A DNA stretch of 64,000 nt from Vulcanimicrobiota bacterium (lineage in GTDB: Bacteria > Vulcanimicrobiota > Vulcanimicrobiia > Vulcanimicrobiales > Vulcanimicrobiaceae), in the NCBI GenBank assembly GCA_963833095.1, contig CAWHWQ010000001.1:224001-288000 (forward strand), written 5' to 3'. A program made the position numbers and the translations under genes. Shown piece after piece: positions 19,801-28,924 of the stretch. Each line of letters opens with the position of its first letter. The first letter of the stretch is position 1. The notes under the pieces were generated by a model. The model worked only from the letters and a program-made list of their open reading frames with translations. It was not told where the DNA came from and ran no database searches.

Positions 19801-20127
19801 GAGCACGGCCGGGAGCTTGACCACGATCCGCAAGAGATTGTACTGCGGGTCCAATCCGCGAAACGGTGCCCACAGATGACCGAAGATTGCCAAAATGTAG
19901 AAATAGCCCGGCGGATAGTCCGCGAAGCTCGTCTTGGCATAGAAGTTCGGTAGGCCGTTGTTGATCAGCGACAGCGTCCAGGCGACAAACGTGTTGACGT
20001 CCGTTGAAAACCCGCTCGAACCAATAAAGAACATGCGCACGACGAAGCCGGCGAACAGCAATACGGGTAGCGCGTACGGGAGCGTACGCTCCCAGACGGA
20101 CGTTTGGACGTTCGTCCTGGCGTTCAC
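16864..20127 (-). CDS. Large GT-C glycosyltransferase: N-terminal mannosyltransferase-like module fused to a PMT-like (GT39) module
   Basis: N-terminal DYPPG, WGQVD, IKPQ, RMHERY; C-terminal FDEIYF, HPPLSK, FVQSRI, HPYSSKWWEWP; many TM helices. Confidence 0.85.
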   Translation of the reverse strand: MNARTNVQTSVWERTLPYALPVLLFAGFVVRMFFIGSSGFSTDVNTFVAWTLSLINNGLPNFYAKTSFADYPPGYFYILAIFGHLWAPFRGLDPQYNLLRIVVKLPAVLADLGVGALIYALGRRFAAPALALGAAAVYVLNPATIMISADWGQVDCVAGGFALLGVYLLLKSEDAAAQPISWLIPAAWVSLAYSLLIKPQAAVLIALFIAFAFADRARLRERLTSTGIGIVAAFVFAIALVLPFHPTANPVDALQWLLQRYEFGSNVYAYNTVNAFNLWAIKGPFWQKDSALIGWGFQLPQYVWGIALVVAALALVVWRYLQERTAAALLESCTIALLGFFILSTRMHERYSFDALLFCIACIPIARRYLWGSLALSVVLFANLIYSLQYLTVVTNQTPGVNSVNLWGPLTSFYALIAVGTFFALGYAYLGSAPETADAPASKPKAAETEEKAKQRARDYYDPREGLSVMSAVDYIAMSALGVVSFVLSFVRYWYPADKIFDEIYFARAAEEYLKNMRIYENTHPPLSKLLVTLSVLLFGGLGHGDNSWGWRFLDVVFGAIVIMLLYVFAKRVTGSTIFAAIASFFLICDGMHFVQSRIGTPEGFVIVFSLGAVYAFYRFWIASQVESRAHTVVPPFAFGVGVGISLVAGAIVVGIWDLVWRSFVHPPMTLDLASSIIVVLYVALGVYLLLRYRFFRRWFADGAQEFTFPDGAFALVEGSSHSLYAPDGGVIEGTGGKARITAGDRSQNRSGALVYPGDDFTITYRAEPSETYETPLADATYAQNEIRAGQARERGSSANLWLIVFTIALGLLVSSKWYGVMGFGVSFVVLILIWLQRVFFARRPALWGNPRGFRLDGALATILFISATVYALVWVPDLVRQSPDPNEVHNFNDVVYRQYSMFEYHDKLVATHPYSSKWWEWPLDYVPIAYYYQDHRKDMKDPKGCCVEEITSMPNPLIMWFGLIAVPIVGVLAWLRKNKAYALIVLTYLLQWLPWMKSPRITFAYHFYVDIPLICLCNAIVLQQLWLHFADKGEVKRRWAIGGIAAVVVLIAASFVFFYPILAAVPISWDQWHLRMWFPTWIVGPG

Positions 20128-20145
20128 GGTAGAGGTGGCCTCCGG

Positions 20146-21042
20146 TCAGCCGACAGGTTCGGCGAGCGTTTCGAGCAGGTAGTCGCGCAGGGCACGGTTG
20201 GGGTGGCGCTCCACGACGGCCATAGGTTCTGCAACGGCACGCGTCGCGGCCTCTCGGGCGCCCAGCTCTTCAAGAGCCGCTACCACAGCCTGGACCTCGG
20301 CTGTGTCGAGCGGCTTCTGCGAGCGATAGGCCGCAGCAATAACTTCGCGCGCGGGCGACGGCGGCCGGGCAAGGGCCCAGACCACGGGGAAGCTCCATTT
20401 CCGCCGCATGAGATCGCCGGCTACCGATTTCCCGGTGCGATCGGTGCTCGCCCAGATGCCGAGCAAATCGTCACGCACTTGGAAGGCCTTCCCGTAGGCG
20501 CGCCCCACTTCGGCGTAGCCGGCAACGCGCGATTCATCGATGCCCGCGCAGCACGCTCCCAGCGAACAGGCCGCTTCGAAGAGCGCGCCCGTTTTACAGG
20601 CGATCATCAGATCGTAATCGGCCAGATCGACATGGCCCTCACTCTCGAATTGCAAATCGAGCGATTGGCCGTCGCACATCGTGCGGTGCGCGAGGTGTAA
20701 TCGTTCGATGACGTCGAGCGCCGCTGCGGGACCCAGTAGCGTTTTCGCGCGCATCAAGGTGAGAAAACTCAACGCGCACATCGCGTCGCCGGTATTGACC
20801 GCTTGGGCGATGCCGTACACGCTCCACAGGGTGCGGCGGCCGTGGCGAAACTCGTCGCGATCTTCGATGTCGTCGTGAACGAGCGAATAATTGTGCAGCA
20901 ACTCCACCGCGGCTGCTGCATCGAGCGCGCGCTCGAGCGGCGCGCCTTCGGATTCGCAGATGCGCATGAGCATCGTCGGACGCAGACGCTTTCCACGCCG
21001 CGCCGGCCCATGTGGCGGATAACCGAAGTGATATGCGAGCAT
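20146..21042 (-). CDS. Polyprenyl diphosphate synthase (true start probably upstream, ~21120)
   Basis: GKRLRP, ELLHNYSLVHDDIED, RHGR, GQSLDL, KTGALF, FQVRDDLLG. Confidence 0.93.
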   Translation of the reverse strand: MLAYHFGYPPHGPARRGKRLRPTMLMRICESEGAPLERALDAAAAVELLHNYSLVHDDIEDRDEFRHGRRTLWSVYGIAQAVNTGDAMCALSFLTLMRAKTLLGPAAALDVIERLHLAHRTMCDGQSLDLQFESEGHVDLADYDLMIACKTGALFEAACSLGACCAGIDESRVAGYAEVGRAYGKAFQVRDDLLGIWASTDRTGKSVAGDLMRRKWSFPVVWALARPPSPAREVIAAAYRSQKPLDTAEVQAVVAALEELGAREAATRAVAEPMAVVERHPNRALRDYLLETLAEPVG

Positions 21043-21106
21043 GTCGGCGATCGCCGGCGATCCGCCGTATTCGCGGACGCACTCGCTCAGATGGGCTTCG
21101 AAGCGC

Positions 21107-21949
21107 TCAGACGGGTTGACGAGCGAGCTCCTCCATGCGCGCCTGCACGCTGTCGACTAGCCATCCTGGGGTTGACGCCCCCGACATGAGCCCCGCCACC
21201 TTCACGCCGTCAAACCACTCGGGCCGCAATTCATCCGGGCCCTCGATGTGAAACGAGCGCGCGCCATGCGTTTCGGAAAGCTCAGCCAGGTGCTTCGTGT
21301 TGGCCGACGTTTTTCCGCCGACCACGACCATCACGTCGACTTCGTTTGCAAGTCGCAGCGCTTCGCTTTGCCGATTGTTGGTATCGGTGCAGATCGTATT
21401 GACCGCGCGCACTTCGTAATATTTTTCGCTCAACGCTTTGACGATGTCGCTGAAGCGCTCGCGCGAATAGGTTGATTGCACGACCACGCCCATGCGGCTG
21501 CCACGCGGAAGCTTCGCGACGTCTTCGACCGTCTCGATGCACCAGGCGCCGGGTACGTGACTGAGCGTGCCTTTGACCTCGGGGTGCGCCGGGTCGCCGA
21601 TCACGATGATCTTATAGCCTTCGGCCTTGAGCTTTTCGGCTTGCACGTGAATTTTGGTAACCATAGGGCAGGTCGCGTCGATGATCTCGAGGCCCTTGGC
21701 CTGCGCCTTTTCGAACACGTCAACCGGCAAGCCGTGCGCGCGCACGAAAAGCGCGCCGCTTTGCACCTCATCGATGCCGGCGGCATTGCGCAGTCCGCTG
21801 GCTTCGAGCGTCGCGACGGTCTGCGGGTTGTGTACCACGTGACCGAGCGTGGTCACATCGCTCCGCTGCGCGATCGCTTCTTCGGCTTTTTTTACCGTGA
21901 TCGCGACACCGAAGCAGAACCCCTGAACCTTAGCTTTGCGAATTTCCAT
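21107..21949 (-). CDS. ispH: 4-hydroxy-3-methylbut-2-enyl diphosphate reductase
   Basis: GFCFGV, VHN, RAHG, DATCPMV, HPEV, NTICTDT, SANT, GASTP. Confidence 0.97.
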   Translation of the reverse strand: MEIRKAKVQGFCFGVAITVKKAEEAIAQRSDVTTLGHVVHNPQTVATLEASGLRNAAGIDEVQSGALFVRAHGLPVDVFEKAQAKGLEIIDATCPMVTKIHVQAEKLKAEGYKIIVIGDPAHPEVKGTLSHVPGAWCIETVEDVAKLPRGSRMGVVVQSTYSRERFSDIVKALSEKYYEVRAVNTICTDTNNRQSEALRLANEVDVMVVVGGKTSANTKHLAELSETHGARSFHIEGPDELRPEWFDGVKVAGLMSGASTPGWLVDSVQARMEELARQPV

Positions 21950-22532
21950 CGATGCTTTCCCGTACGGCCCAAATGGCGCTCATGACGTCATCGGTGAACT
22001 TCGCCAAGTCGTCGCGCGTTGCTTTCCGATCCGCCGGCAACACGAGCGGTTTGCCAAATGCGACTTTGATCTGAGCCAGGCGGCCGGCCCGCGCGCTTCC
22101 CGAGATATAGGCTGGGACCACCGGCGCCTTGGTCAGCGAGGCCAGCAGCGCGACACCGATTTGGGGCTCCTTGTCGCCGTGGACGTTACGGCCCCCCTCC
22201 GGGAAGATGCCGACGCATCCGCCCTTGCGCAAGACCTCGACGGAGCGCTTGATCGCCGCGGCGGCGCTACCCTGACGGTCGACCGGATAGGCGCCGACCG
22301 CGGCAATCAGCGGCCCGAGCACCGGAACTTCGAAGAGTTCTTTTTTCGCCATGTAGCTGATACGGCGTGGACAGCACGCGCCAAGCAGCGGCGGATCGAG
22401 ATTGGAGATATGATTGCAGGCCACGATCAGCGGACCCGTCATCGGCACGTTCTTCTTCCCGTACGCGCGCAAGCGCCAGAGCGGCGCACCGAACAAACGG
22501 ATCAAGCCCTTGGCCAGTCCATACAGGCTCAT
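21930..22532 (-). CDS. plsC: 1-acyl-sn-glycerol-3-phosphate acyltransferase
   Basis: NHISNLD, MAKKELF, FPEG motifs; located between cmk and ispH. Confidence 0.9.
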   Translation of the reverse strand: MSLYGLAKGLIRLFGAPLWRLRAYGKKNVPMTGPLIVACNHISNLDPPLLGACCPRRISYMAKKELFEVPVLGPLIAAVGAYPVDRQGSAAAAIKRSVEVLRKGGCVGIFPEGGRNVHGDKEPQIGVALLASLTKAPVVPAYISGSARAGRLAQIKVAFGKPLVLPADRKATRDDLAKFTDDVMSAIWAVRESIDGNSQS

Positions 22533-23218
22533 CGGGCGCGCTCCACGAGACCTGCGATTTCGGCCACCACCGCATCGATACCCAGCGTGCTCGAATCGAC
22601 CACGTGCGCATCCTGCGCGGGCGCAAGAGGTGAAACGGCGCGTTCCCGATCGAGCCGGTCGCGTTCCTCAATCTCTTGCGACAGTTGATGTTCGCTGATG
22701 TTATCGCCGGCTGCGAGTAACTGCGCGCGGCGGCGCTCGACGCGCGCCTGCACGGATGCGGTGAGGAAAATCTTGACCTGCGCGAGCGGCAATACAACGG
22801 TACCGATATCGCGCCCCGCCATCACGACCGGCCCCTCTTGGGCGATCTCGCGCTGACTGTTCACCATTGCCTCGCGCACGCGCGGATGTGCCGCGATCGT
22901 CGACACGACGGTACTCACTTGATTCGACTGCAAGGTCGCGTCAGAGAGTTCGACGCCGCCGGCGATGATACGAAACCCCTGTGGCGCCTTCGCGTCGAGT
23001 GTCACACTGACGCGCGCGCCCTCCCAGAGCCGCACGAGCGCGCTCTCGTTGTCGGCGTCGATACCGCTGCGCAATGCAAGGTACGCAAGCGTTCGATACA
23101 TCGCGCCCGTATCCAAGTAGAGCACGCCGAGCTCTTGTGCCAGACGAAATGCGACGGTCGTCTTCCCCGATGCGGCCGGACCGTCGATAGCAATCTGGAG
23201 GTGAGGTGGGAGGCTCAT
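22529..23218 (-). CDS. cmk: Cytidylate kinase
   Basis: IAIDGPAASGKTT, LDTGAMYR, GRDIGTVV, KIFLTAS, RDRLD; ATG 23218. Confidence 0.96.
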   Translation of the reverse strand: MSLPPHLQIAIDGPAASGKTTVAFRLAQELGVLYLDTGAMYRTLAYLALRSGIDADNESALVRLWEGARVSVTLDAKAPQGFRIIAGGVELSDATLQSNQVSTVVSTIAAHPRVREAMVNSQREIAQEGPVVMAGRDIGTVVLPLAQVKIFLTASVQARVERRRAQLLAAGDNISEHQLSQEIEERDRLDRERAVSPLAPAQDAHVVDSSTLGIDAVVAEIAGLVERAR

Positions 23219-23276
23219 AGGTCGAGCCGCCGATTCGCCGAGGGGTCGCTCTACCCCCGGTAGCAAACTTCACGAC

Positions 23277-24596
23277 GTGGCAAAAACGCGCTCGGTCTTC
23301 TTCTGTAATGGCTGTGGCTTCGAATCGACGCGATGGCTGGGGCGCTGCCCGCAGTGCGAGGCGTGGAACTCCTTCGACGAGCGTCCTTTCGCCGTGTCCT
23401 CGCGCTCGACGAAAGCCGTTGCGAGCGCGCGACACGCCGCGCTTGCTCCTATCGAGCTCGATTCGATCGACAGCACGAAGATCGCCCGTCTGCGCAGCGG
23501 CATGAACGAATTCGATGCAGTGCTAGGCGGCGGTATCGTGCCTGGCAGCGTCACGCTGATCGGCGGGCCGCCGGGCGCGGGAAAGTCGACCTTGCTCTTG
23601 CAAATCGCGGCGCGACTGTGCGCGAGCGGACGCGTCGTGTACGTCTGCGGCGAAGAGTCCGCCGCGCAAGTGAAGCTCCGCGCCGGACGCCTCGGCATTG
23701 ACGCGCCGCTGCTCGTGCACGCCGAGACAAACCTGCGCGCAGTGCTCGATGCGCTCGATCGCATCGATCCCGTCGCGGTCATCGTCGATTCGATTCAGAC
23801 CGTGTGGCTACCCGACGCGGAATCGTATGCCGGCAGCGTCACGCAGATTCGTGATTGCACGCAAGCGCTGATGGAATTCGCCAAACGCACCGGCTGCTCG
23901 ACCTTCATCGTCGGCCACGTCACCAAAGATGGCGCGATCGCCGGACCACGTTTGCTCGAGCATTTGGTTGATACGGTGCTTTACTTTGAAGGCGAGACGA
24001 CCGGCGAATATCGGATCCTCCGCGCCTACAAGAACCGCTTTGGTTCTATTGACGAGATCTGCGTCTTCGCGATGCACGATCGTGGCCTCGACGAAGTCGC
24101 CAATCCTTCGGAACTCTTTCTCGCCGGGCGCGAAGAGCGGCCAAGTGGGTCGTGCGTCGTCGCGTCGATCGTCGGTTCGCGCCCAGTCTTGATCGAAGTG
24201 CAGGCCCTCGTCGGCGAGAGCAGTTATGGCACGCCGCGCCGCTTGGCAAACAATCTCGACCAAGCCCGCCTCGCGATGATTCTCGCCGTGCTCGAGCGAC
24301 GCGTCGGCATGCATCTGGGGACCCACGATGTCTATGCGTCGGTCGCGGGAGGACTGCGCGTGAGTGAACCGGCCGCGGACCTCGGCATCGCGCTAGCCAT
24401 TGCTTCCTCGTTTCGCGACCGCCCGTTACCGCCGCATTCCGTGGCCTTCGGCGAACTGGGCCTCTCGGGCGAATTGCGCAACGTCAACGCGAGCGCCCGG
24501 CGCGAGGCCGAAGCACGCAAACTCGGCTATCGAACGATCTTCTCGGCGGAGAATCATCGCGACGTCGCCTCGGCGATTGCAGCCGCACTCTCCTAG
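23277..24596 (+). CDS. radA: DNA repair protein RadA/Sms
   Basis: CxxC...CPQC zinc finger, GPPGAGKSTLLLQ, GHVTK, KNRFG, EPAADL. Confidence 0.97.
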   Translation: MAKTRSVFFCNGCGFESTRWLGRCPQCEAWNSFDERPFAVSSRSTKAVASARHAALAPIELDSIDSTKIARLRSGMNEFDAVLGGGIVPGSVTLIGGPPGAGKSTLLLQIAARLCASGRVVYVCGEESAAQVKLRAGRLGIDAPLLVHAETNLRAVLDALDRIDPVAVIVDSIQTVWLPDAESYAGSVTQIRDCTQALMEFAKRTGCSTFIVGHVTKDGAIAGPRLLEHLVDTVLYFEGETTGEYRILRAYKNRFGSIDEICVFAMHDRGLDEVANPSELFLAGREERPSGSCVVASIVGSRPVLIEVQALVGESSYGTPRRLANNLDQARLAMILAVLERRVGMHLGTHDVYASVAGGLRVSEPAADLGIALAIASSFRDRPLPPHSVAFGELGLSGELRNVNASARREAEARKLGYRTIFSAENHRDVASAIAAALS

Positions 24597-24597
24597 C

Positions 24598-25437
24598 GTG
24601 GCACTCTTCGAAATCGTCCCGAATCTTTCCGAAGGGCGCGATCAAGCCACGATCGATGCGGCGGTCGACGCCGTGCTCGCGACCGGCGCGCGCGTGCTGC
24701 ATCGTACCAGCGATCCGGTCCACCATCGCAGCGTGCTTACGATCGCAGGCGACCGCGCACGCGTGCTCGACGCGGCCGTAGCGCTGGCCGGTGTCGCGGT
24801 CGAACGCATCGACCTGCGCGAGCATCACGGTGTCCATCCGCGCATCGGCGCCCTCGACGTGCTGCCGTTCGTGCCGCTCCGCGATGCGTCGCTGGCCGAC
24901 GCAGTGGCGCTGGCGCACGAAGCCGGCGCGCGGATCTGGGACCGCTATCGCCTGCCTTCCTTTTTCTACGGTGCCGCGGCGCGGGCACCCCAGCGCGCGT
25001 TACTCGCAAATGTGCGCGCCGGCGAGTTCGAAGGGCTCGACGCGCGCTTCGCAGGCCTGCCGCCGGACGTCGGCGACATTCCGCGGCACGATCGCGCCGG
25101 CGCGATCGCGATTGGTGCGCGGAACGTCCTCGTCGCCTTCAACGTTGAACTCGAGACGGGCGATCTCACACTCGCCAAAGCGATTGCGCGGAGGCTGCGG
25201 GAGCGTTCGGGCGGTTTGCGCGGCTTGCGCGCGCTCGGATTACGCTTGAGTGAGGGGGTCGTACAAGTCTCGCTCAATGTCACAGACGTTGAAACGACAC
25301 CGCTCTATCGTATCGTCGAGTTGATTGCACGCCTGGCCGCCAAGAAGGGCGTTGCGATCCGCCGAAGTGAGCTCATCGGTCTGGTTCCGCGGGCCTGCGT
25401 GGAAACGTCGGCCCGCTACTTTTTGGGGACACTGTGA
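24598..25437 (+). CDS. ftcD: Glutamate formiminotransferase (no cyclodeaminase domain)
   Basis: EIVPNLSEGRD, DPVHHRSVLT, IDLREHHGVHPRIGALDVLPFVPL, IGAR..LVAFNV, VQVSLN, SELIGLVP; GTG start 24598. Confidence 0.92.
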   Translation: MALFEIVPNLSEGRDQATIDAAVDAVLATGARVLHRTSDPVHHRSVLTIAGDRARVLDAAVALAGVAVERIDLREHHGVHPRIGALDVLPFVPLRDASLADAVALAHEAGARIWDRYRLPSFFYGAAARAPQRALLANVRAGEFEGLDARFAGLPPDVGDIPRHDRAGAIAIGARNVLVAFNVELETGDLTLAKAIARRLRERSGGLRGLRALGLRLSEGVVQVSLNVTDVETTPLYRIVELIARLAAKKGVAIRRSELIGLVPRACVETSARYFLGTL

Positions 25438-28121
25438 AACAATTCGTAATCCTGATCGCCTGCGCCATCTTTGCACTTGCAGGCTCGAGCGCTCGCGCGC
25501 AGCAAACCGGCGGTCCCGGTGATGCCGGCATTTACACGACTACTCTGAAAAACGGGTTGCGCGTCGTGGTAGTCGAGGATCACGCGGCGCCGGTCGTGCA
25601 GACGGCGGTCTGGTATCACTTTGGTTCGCTGGATGAGACCAAAGGCAAGACGGGTCTTGCGCATGCCACCGAGCACATGATGTTTCGCGGAACCGACGAT
25701 CTCAATGCCAGTGGTTTGGACGATATCGTTGCGCGCCTGGGCGCGCAGATGAACGGCCAGACCTCGTATGACTACACACAGTTTTACTTCATGATGCCTG
25801 CCGACAAAGTCGACGTGGGCCTCGCGATCGAAGCGGATCGCATGCAGCACGCGGCGATGCGCCAAGCCGACTGGAACATCGAGCGCGGCGCCGTGCTCAA
25901 CGAACTCGAAGGCGACGAAGGTTCGCCGTTCTTCAGCCTTCTCGAGAAGGTGCGCGCCGCGGCCTATCCAGGCGAGCCCAACGGCCGCACGCCGACCGGA
26001 TACATTACCGACGTCGAGCACGCCACCGCCGCCGACATCGCGAAGTACTATCACGAATGGTACGCGCCGAATAATGCGACACTGGTCGTCGCCGGCGACG
26101 TGAACCATTCAAGGATTTTCGCTCAAGCCGAGCGAGACTTCGGCGCAATTCCGCGTAAGACGCTGCCACCGCGCACCGAGAAGCATCCGACGCCGGTTAC
26201 GCACACGGTCACGGTCACGTCGGACCTGCCCTTTCCGTTTGGCATCGTCGACCTCGCCTACGCTGTTCCGGGCGACACCGAGCCGGGCGAGCCGGCGATT
26301 AGCACGCTCTCGGCGCTGATCCAAAATCAGCTCTCGCCGTTTTACGCGGCGCTCGTGCAAAGCAACATCGCCGTCGCGCTGCAAGCCCAGGAAGACACGC
26401 AGCTCAAAGGCGGGCTGCTGGACGTCTACATCGTGCTCAATCCTGGGCACACCGCAGATGAAGCCGAACGCGTTTTCCAAACCACGATGACGCAAACCCT
26501 CGCGAACGGCTTTGCGCCCGATCTGGTCGAGGCCGCCAAGCATTTGACGATCGCCGATCGTCTCTATTCCGCCGATTCGGTCGACGGACTGGGCGATCTC
26601 GCCGGCTACACGTACGGTATCGTGGGTGAGCGACTTAGCGATGAAGACGATCGCCTCGCCGCGCTCGACGGCCAATCGTTGTTGGCTGTGGCGCGGCAAT
26701 ATTTGAGCCGCCCAACGGTCATCGGCCGGCTCGATCCAAACGCGCAGCCGGCACGCAGCAACTCGCAAAAGAGCAGTGCCGCGATTAGCGACGACTTCTC
26801 CAAACGCGTCCCGACCGGCCCAATCGTTGAACCGGCCGCGCTGCGCGACGCGGTGCGCACGCCCACGACGGCGCGAAGCACGCTCGACCCGACGAGTTTT
26901 ATCTTGCCCAACGGTATTCGCGTGCTGGTGCAGCCCAAACCCGATCGCACGACGTTTGTTCTGGGCGGCGAGATCGCCGGCTCAGCCGCATTTGCGCCGC
27001 CGGGTCAAGAGGGCGTTAGCGACCTTGCCTCAACGCTTGCCGACTTCGGGAGCGCGCAATACCCTTTCGCTCAGCGGCGCAAGGCCGTCGACATGATTGG
27101 CGCAGTCGTGCAAAATGGTCAGCAGTTTAGCGCGCGCGGTCTTGCCCGCGATTTTCCCAAGATCGTGGCAATCCTCGCTGACGGTGAGATGCACCCAACC
27201 TTCAGCGAGCCGTGGTTCACGCTCGAGCGCGACCAGCTCGCTAACAGCTTGCAGTCGACCGCGACCATCTCCGGCGTGATGATCGATCGCGCCTACCTGC
27301 GGCTGCTCGCCGCACCCAATGACCCGTCGCTCCGTCACGCGAATCAAGCCACCGTCGGCAGCCTCACGCAAGCGGATCTCGCGACCTTCACTAAAACCTA
27401 TTGGCGCCCCGACTTGACCACGATTGCGGTGGTCGGCGACGTGACGCCGGATCAGGTGCGTAGCGTTCTCGAGAGCGCGTTCGGCGGCTGGACCGCGCAG
27501 GGTCCAAAGCCCGACGCGCACGCGATGTCGTTTCCTTCGGCGCATTCGGGTCATGAATACGTTGGCACCGACGCCAATCAGGTCTACGTTCGCTTGGGCC
27601 AGCCGGCAGTCGGACGAAACAGCCCGGACTACGACACGCTGCTCGTGCTCAATCAAATCCTCGGCGCAGGCGGCGCTTTCGAATCGCGTTTGTGGCAAGA
27701 ACTACGCCAAAAACGCGGCCTCGTCTACGGCGTGGCCAGCACGGTCGATGCGGGGAGCGATCGGGGTGATTTCAAGATCGAGCTCAATGCGTCGCCGGGA
27801 AAAGTGGTCGAAGCGGTCGCCTTCGTGCGCAGTGAACTGCAAACGCTGCAGACACATCCCGTCACGCAGACCGAACTCAACGATGCTAAGCTGCGTCTCG
27901 TCAGCGACGCATTGCTCGCCGAAGCGTCGGCCGACGGTCAGGTTGGGCAGTTGCTCGACATCGGTACCAACGATCTCCCGCTCGACTACTACCGTACGCT
28001 CAACGATCGCTTCGCGAACATTACCGCAGCCGACGTGGAGCGCGTCGCAAAAAAGTATCTCGATCCGTCGGCTCTGGTCGAAATCTACTCCGGGCCGCCG
28101 GGTCCGTGGTCGGGAACGTAA
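25434..28121 (+). CDS. Secreted M16 (pitrilysin/insulinase) family zinc peptidase, two-module fusion
   Basis: Signal peptide, LKNGLRV, HATEH (HxxEH), YYHEWYAPNNA, second LPNGIRV module, LRQKRGLVYG. Confidence 0.92.
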   Translation: MKQFVILIACAIFALAGSSARAQQTGGPGDAGIYTTTLKNGLRVVVVEDHAAPVVQTAVWYHFGSLDETKGKTGLAHATEHMMFRGTDDLNASGLDDIVARLGAQMNGQTSYDYTQFYFMMPADKVDVGLAIEADRMQHAAMRQADWNIERGAVLNELEGDEGSPFFSLLEKVRAAAYPGEPNGRTPTGYITDVEHATAADIAKYYHEWYAPNNATLVVAGDVNHSRIFAQAERDFGAIPRKTLPPRTEKHPTPVTHTVTVTSDLPFPFGIVDLAYAVPGDTEPGEPAISTLSALIQNQLSPFYAALVQSNIAVALQAQEDTQLKGGLLDVYIVLNPGHTADEAERVFQTTMTQTLANGFAPDLVEAAKHLTIADRLYSADSVDGLGDLAGYTYGIVGERLSDEDDRLAALDGQSLLAVARQYLSRPTVIGRLDPNAQPARSNSQKSSAAISDDFSKRVPTGPIVEPAALRDAVRTPTTARSTLDPTSFILPNGIRVLVQPKPDRTTFVLGGEIAGSAAFAPPGQEGVSDLASTLADFGSAQYPFAQRRKAVDMIGAVVQNGQQFSARGLARDFPKIVAILADGEMHPTFSEPWFTLERDQLANSLQSTATISGVMIDRAYLRLLAAPNDPSLRHANQATVGSLTQADLATFTKTYWRPDLTTIAVVGDVTPDQVRSVLESAFGGWTAQGPKPDAHAMSFPSAHSGHEYVGTDANQVYVRLGQPAVGRNSPDYDTLLVLNQILGAGGAFESRLWQELRQKRGLVYGVASTVDAGSDRGDFKIELNASPGKVVEAVAFVRSELQTLQTHPVTQTELNDAKLRLVSDALLAEASADGQVGQLLDIGTNDLPLDYYRTLNDRFANITAADVERVAKKYLDPSALVEIYSGPPGPWSGT

Positions 28122-28134
28122 GGTCTTTGACCGG

Positions 28135-28180
28135 ATGTCAGACCATCGTCTTGTCGGATCGAAGGGCGGCACGTTACACT
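28135..28180 (+). promoter_or_regulatory. Possible FadR-type operator and promoter of the GntR gene
   Basis: ATGTCAGACCA resembles TKGT-N3-ACMA; TTGTCG-18 bp-TACACT downstream. Confidence 0.4.
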
Positions 28181-28192
28181 TAACCTCCCAAA

Positions 28193-28924
28193 ATGAGCGG
28201 AGGTCCTGTTCTGAGCCAACCCCACGCAACCGCCGATCTGGAGCCCATCGAGCGCCGCTCAGTCTTTGACGAGGTGGTCACGCGGCTGGGCGATTTCATC
28301 ATGCAGAGCGGGCTGAAGCCCGGCGATAAGCTTCCCGCCGAGCGCGAGCTCACCGAGTCGCTGCGGGTTGGTCGCTCGTCGCTGCGCGAAGCCGTCAAGG
28401 CCTTGCGAGCCGTCGGTGCGATCGAGGTGGTGGCTGGCGGGGGCATGTACGTTGGGCACGGTGGATCCAAGGCGCTCGCGAAGCCGCTTTCGTGGGCCGT
28501 GCTGCTGAATTCGTCGAGTTTGCAGCAAACCGTCGAAGCTCGCGAGATACTCGAAGTGCAAATCGTAGCGCTCGCGGCCCAGCGCATCACCGATGAGGAG
28601 CTCACGGGATTGCGCCATCTCCTCGAGCGCATGCGTGGGGCCCTCAAGGACCCAGAGGCCCACCTGGTGGCCGACGTCCAGTTTCATTTGGCGATTGCAC
28701 GCGCGTCAAAGAACGACATCCTGTACTACGCGTTCGAGATGCTGCAGCACGTCGTAGCCGCGTGGATCCGTCGGAGCCTGCTCACCACAAACTGTCAACC
28801 GCTTGCGCTCGAAGAGCATCAAGCGATCTACGATGCGCTTGCGGCGCGAGACCTCGCAAAGGCGCGCGAGGCGATGCATGCGCACATCACGGCGGCTAGC
28901 CACCGCCACAACGAGGCACCATGA
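28193..28924 (+). CDS. GntR/FadR family transcriptional regulator
   Basis: LKPGDKLPAERELTESLRVGRSSLREA; FCD domain ADVQFHLAIARASKN, EHQAIYDAL. Confidence 0.93.
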   Translation: MSGGPVLSQPHATADLEPIERRSVFDEVVTRLGDFIMQSGLKPGDKLPAERELTESLRVGRSSLREAVKALRAVGAIEVVAGGGMYVGHGGSKALAKPLSWAVLLNSSSLQQTVEAREILEVQIVALAAQRITDEELTGLRHLLERMRGALKDPEAHLVADVQFHLAIARASKNDILYYAFEMLQHVVAAWIRRSLLTTNCQPLALEEHQAIYDALAARDLAKAREAMHAHITAASHRHNEAP

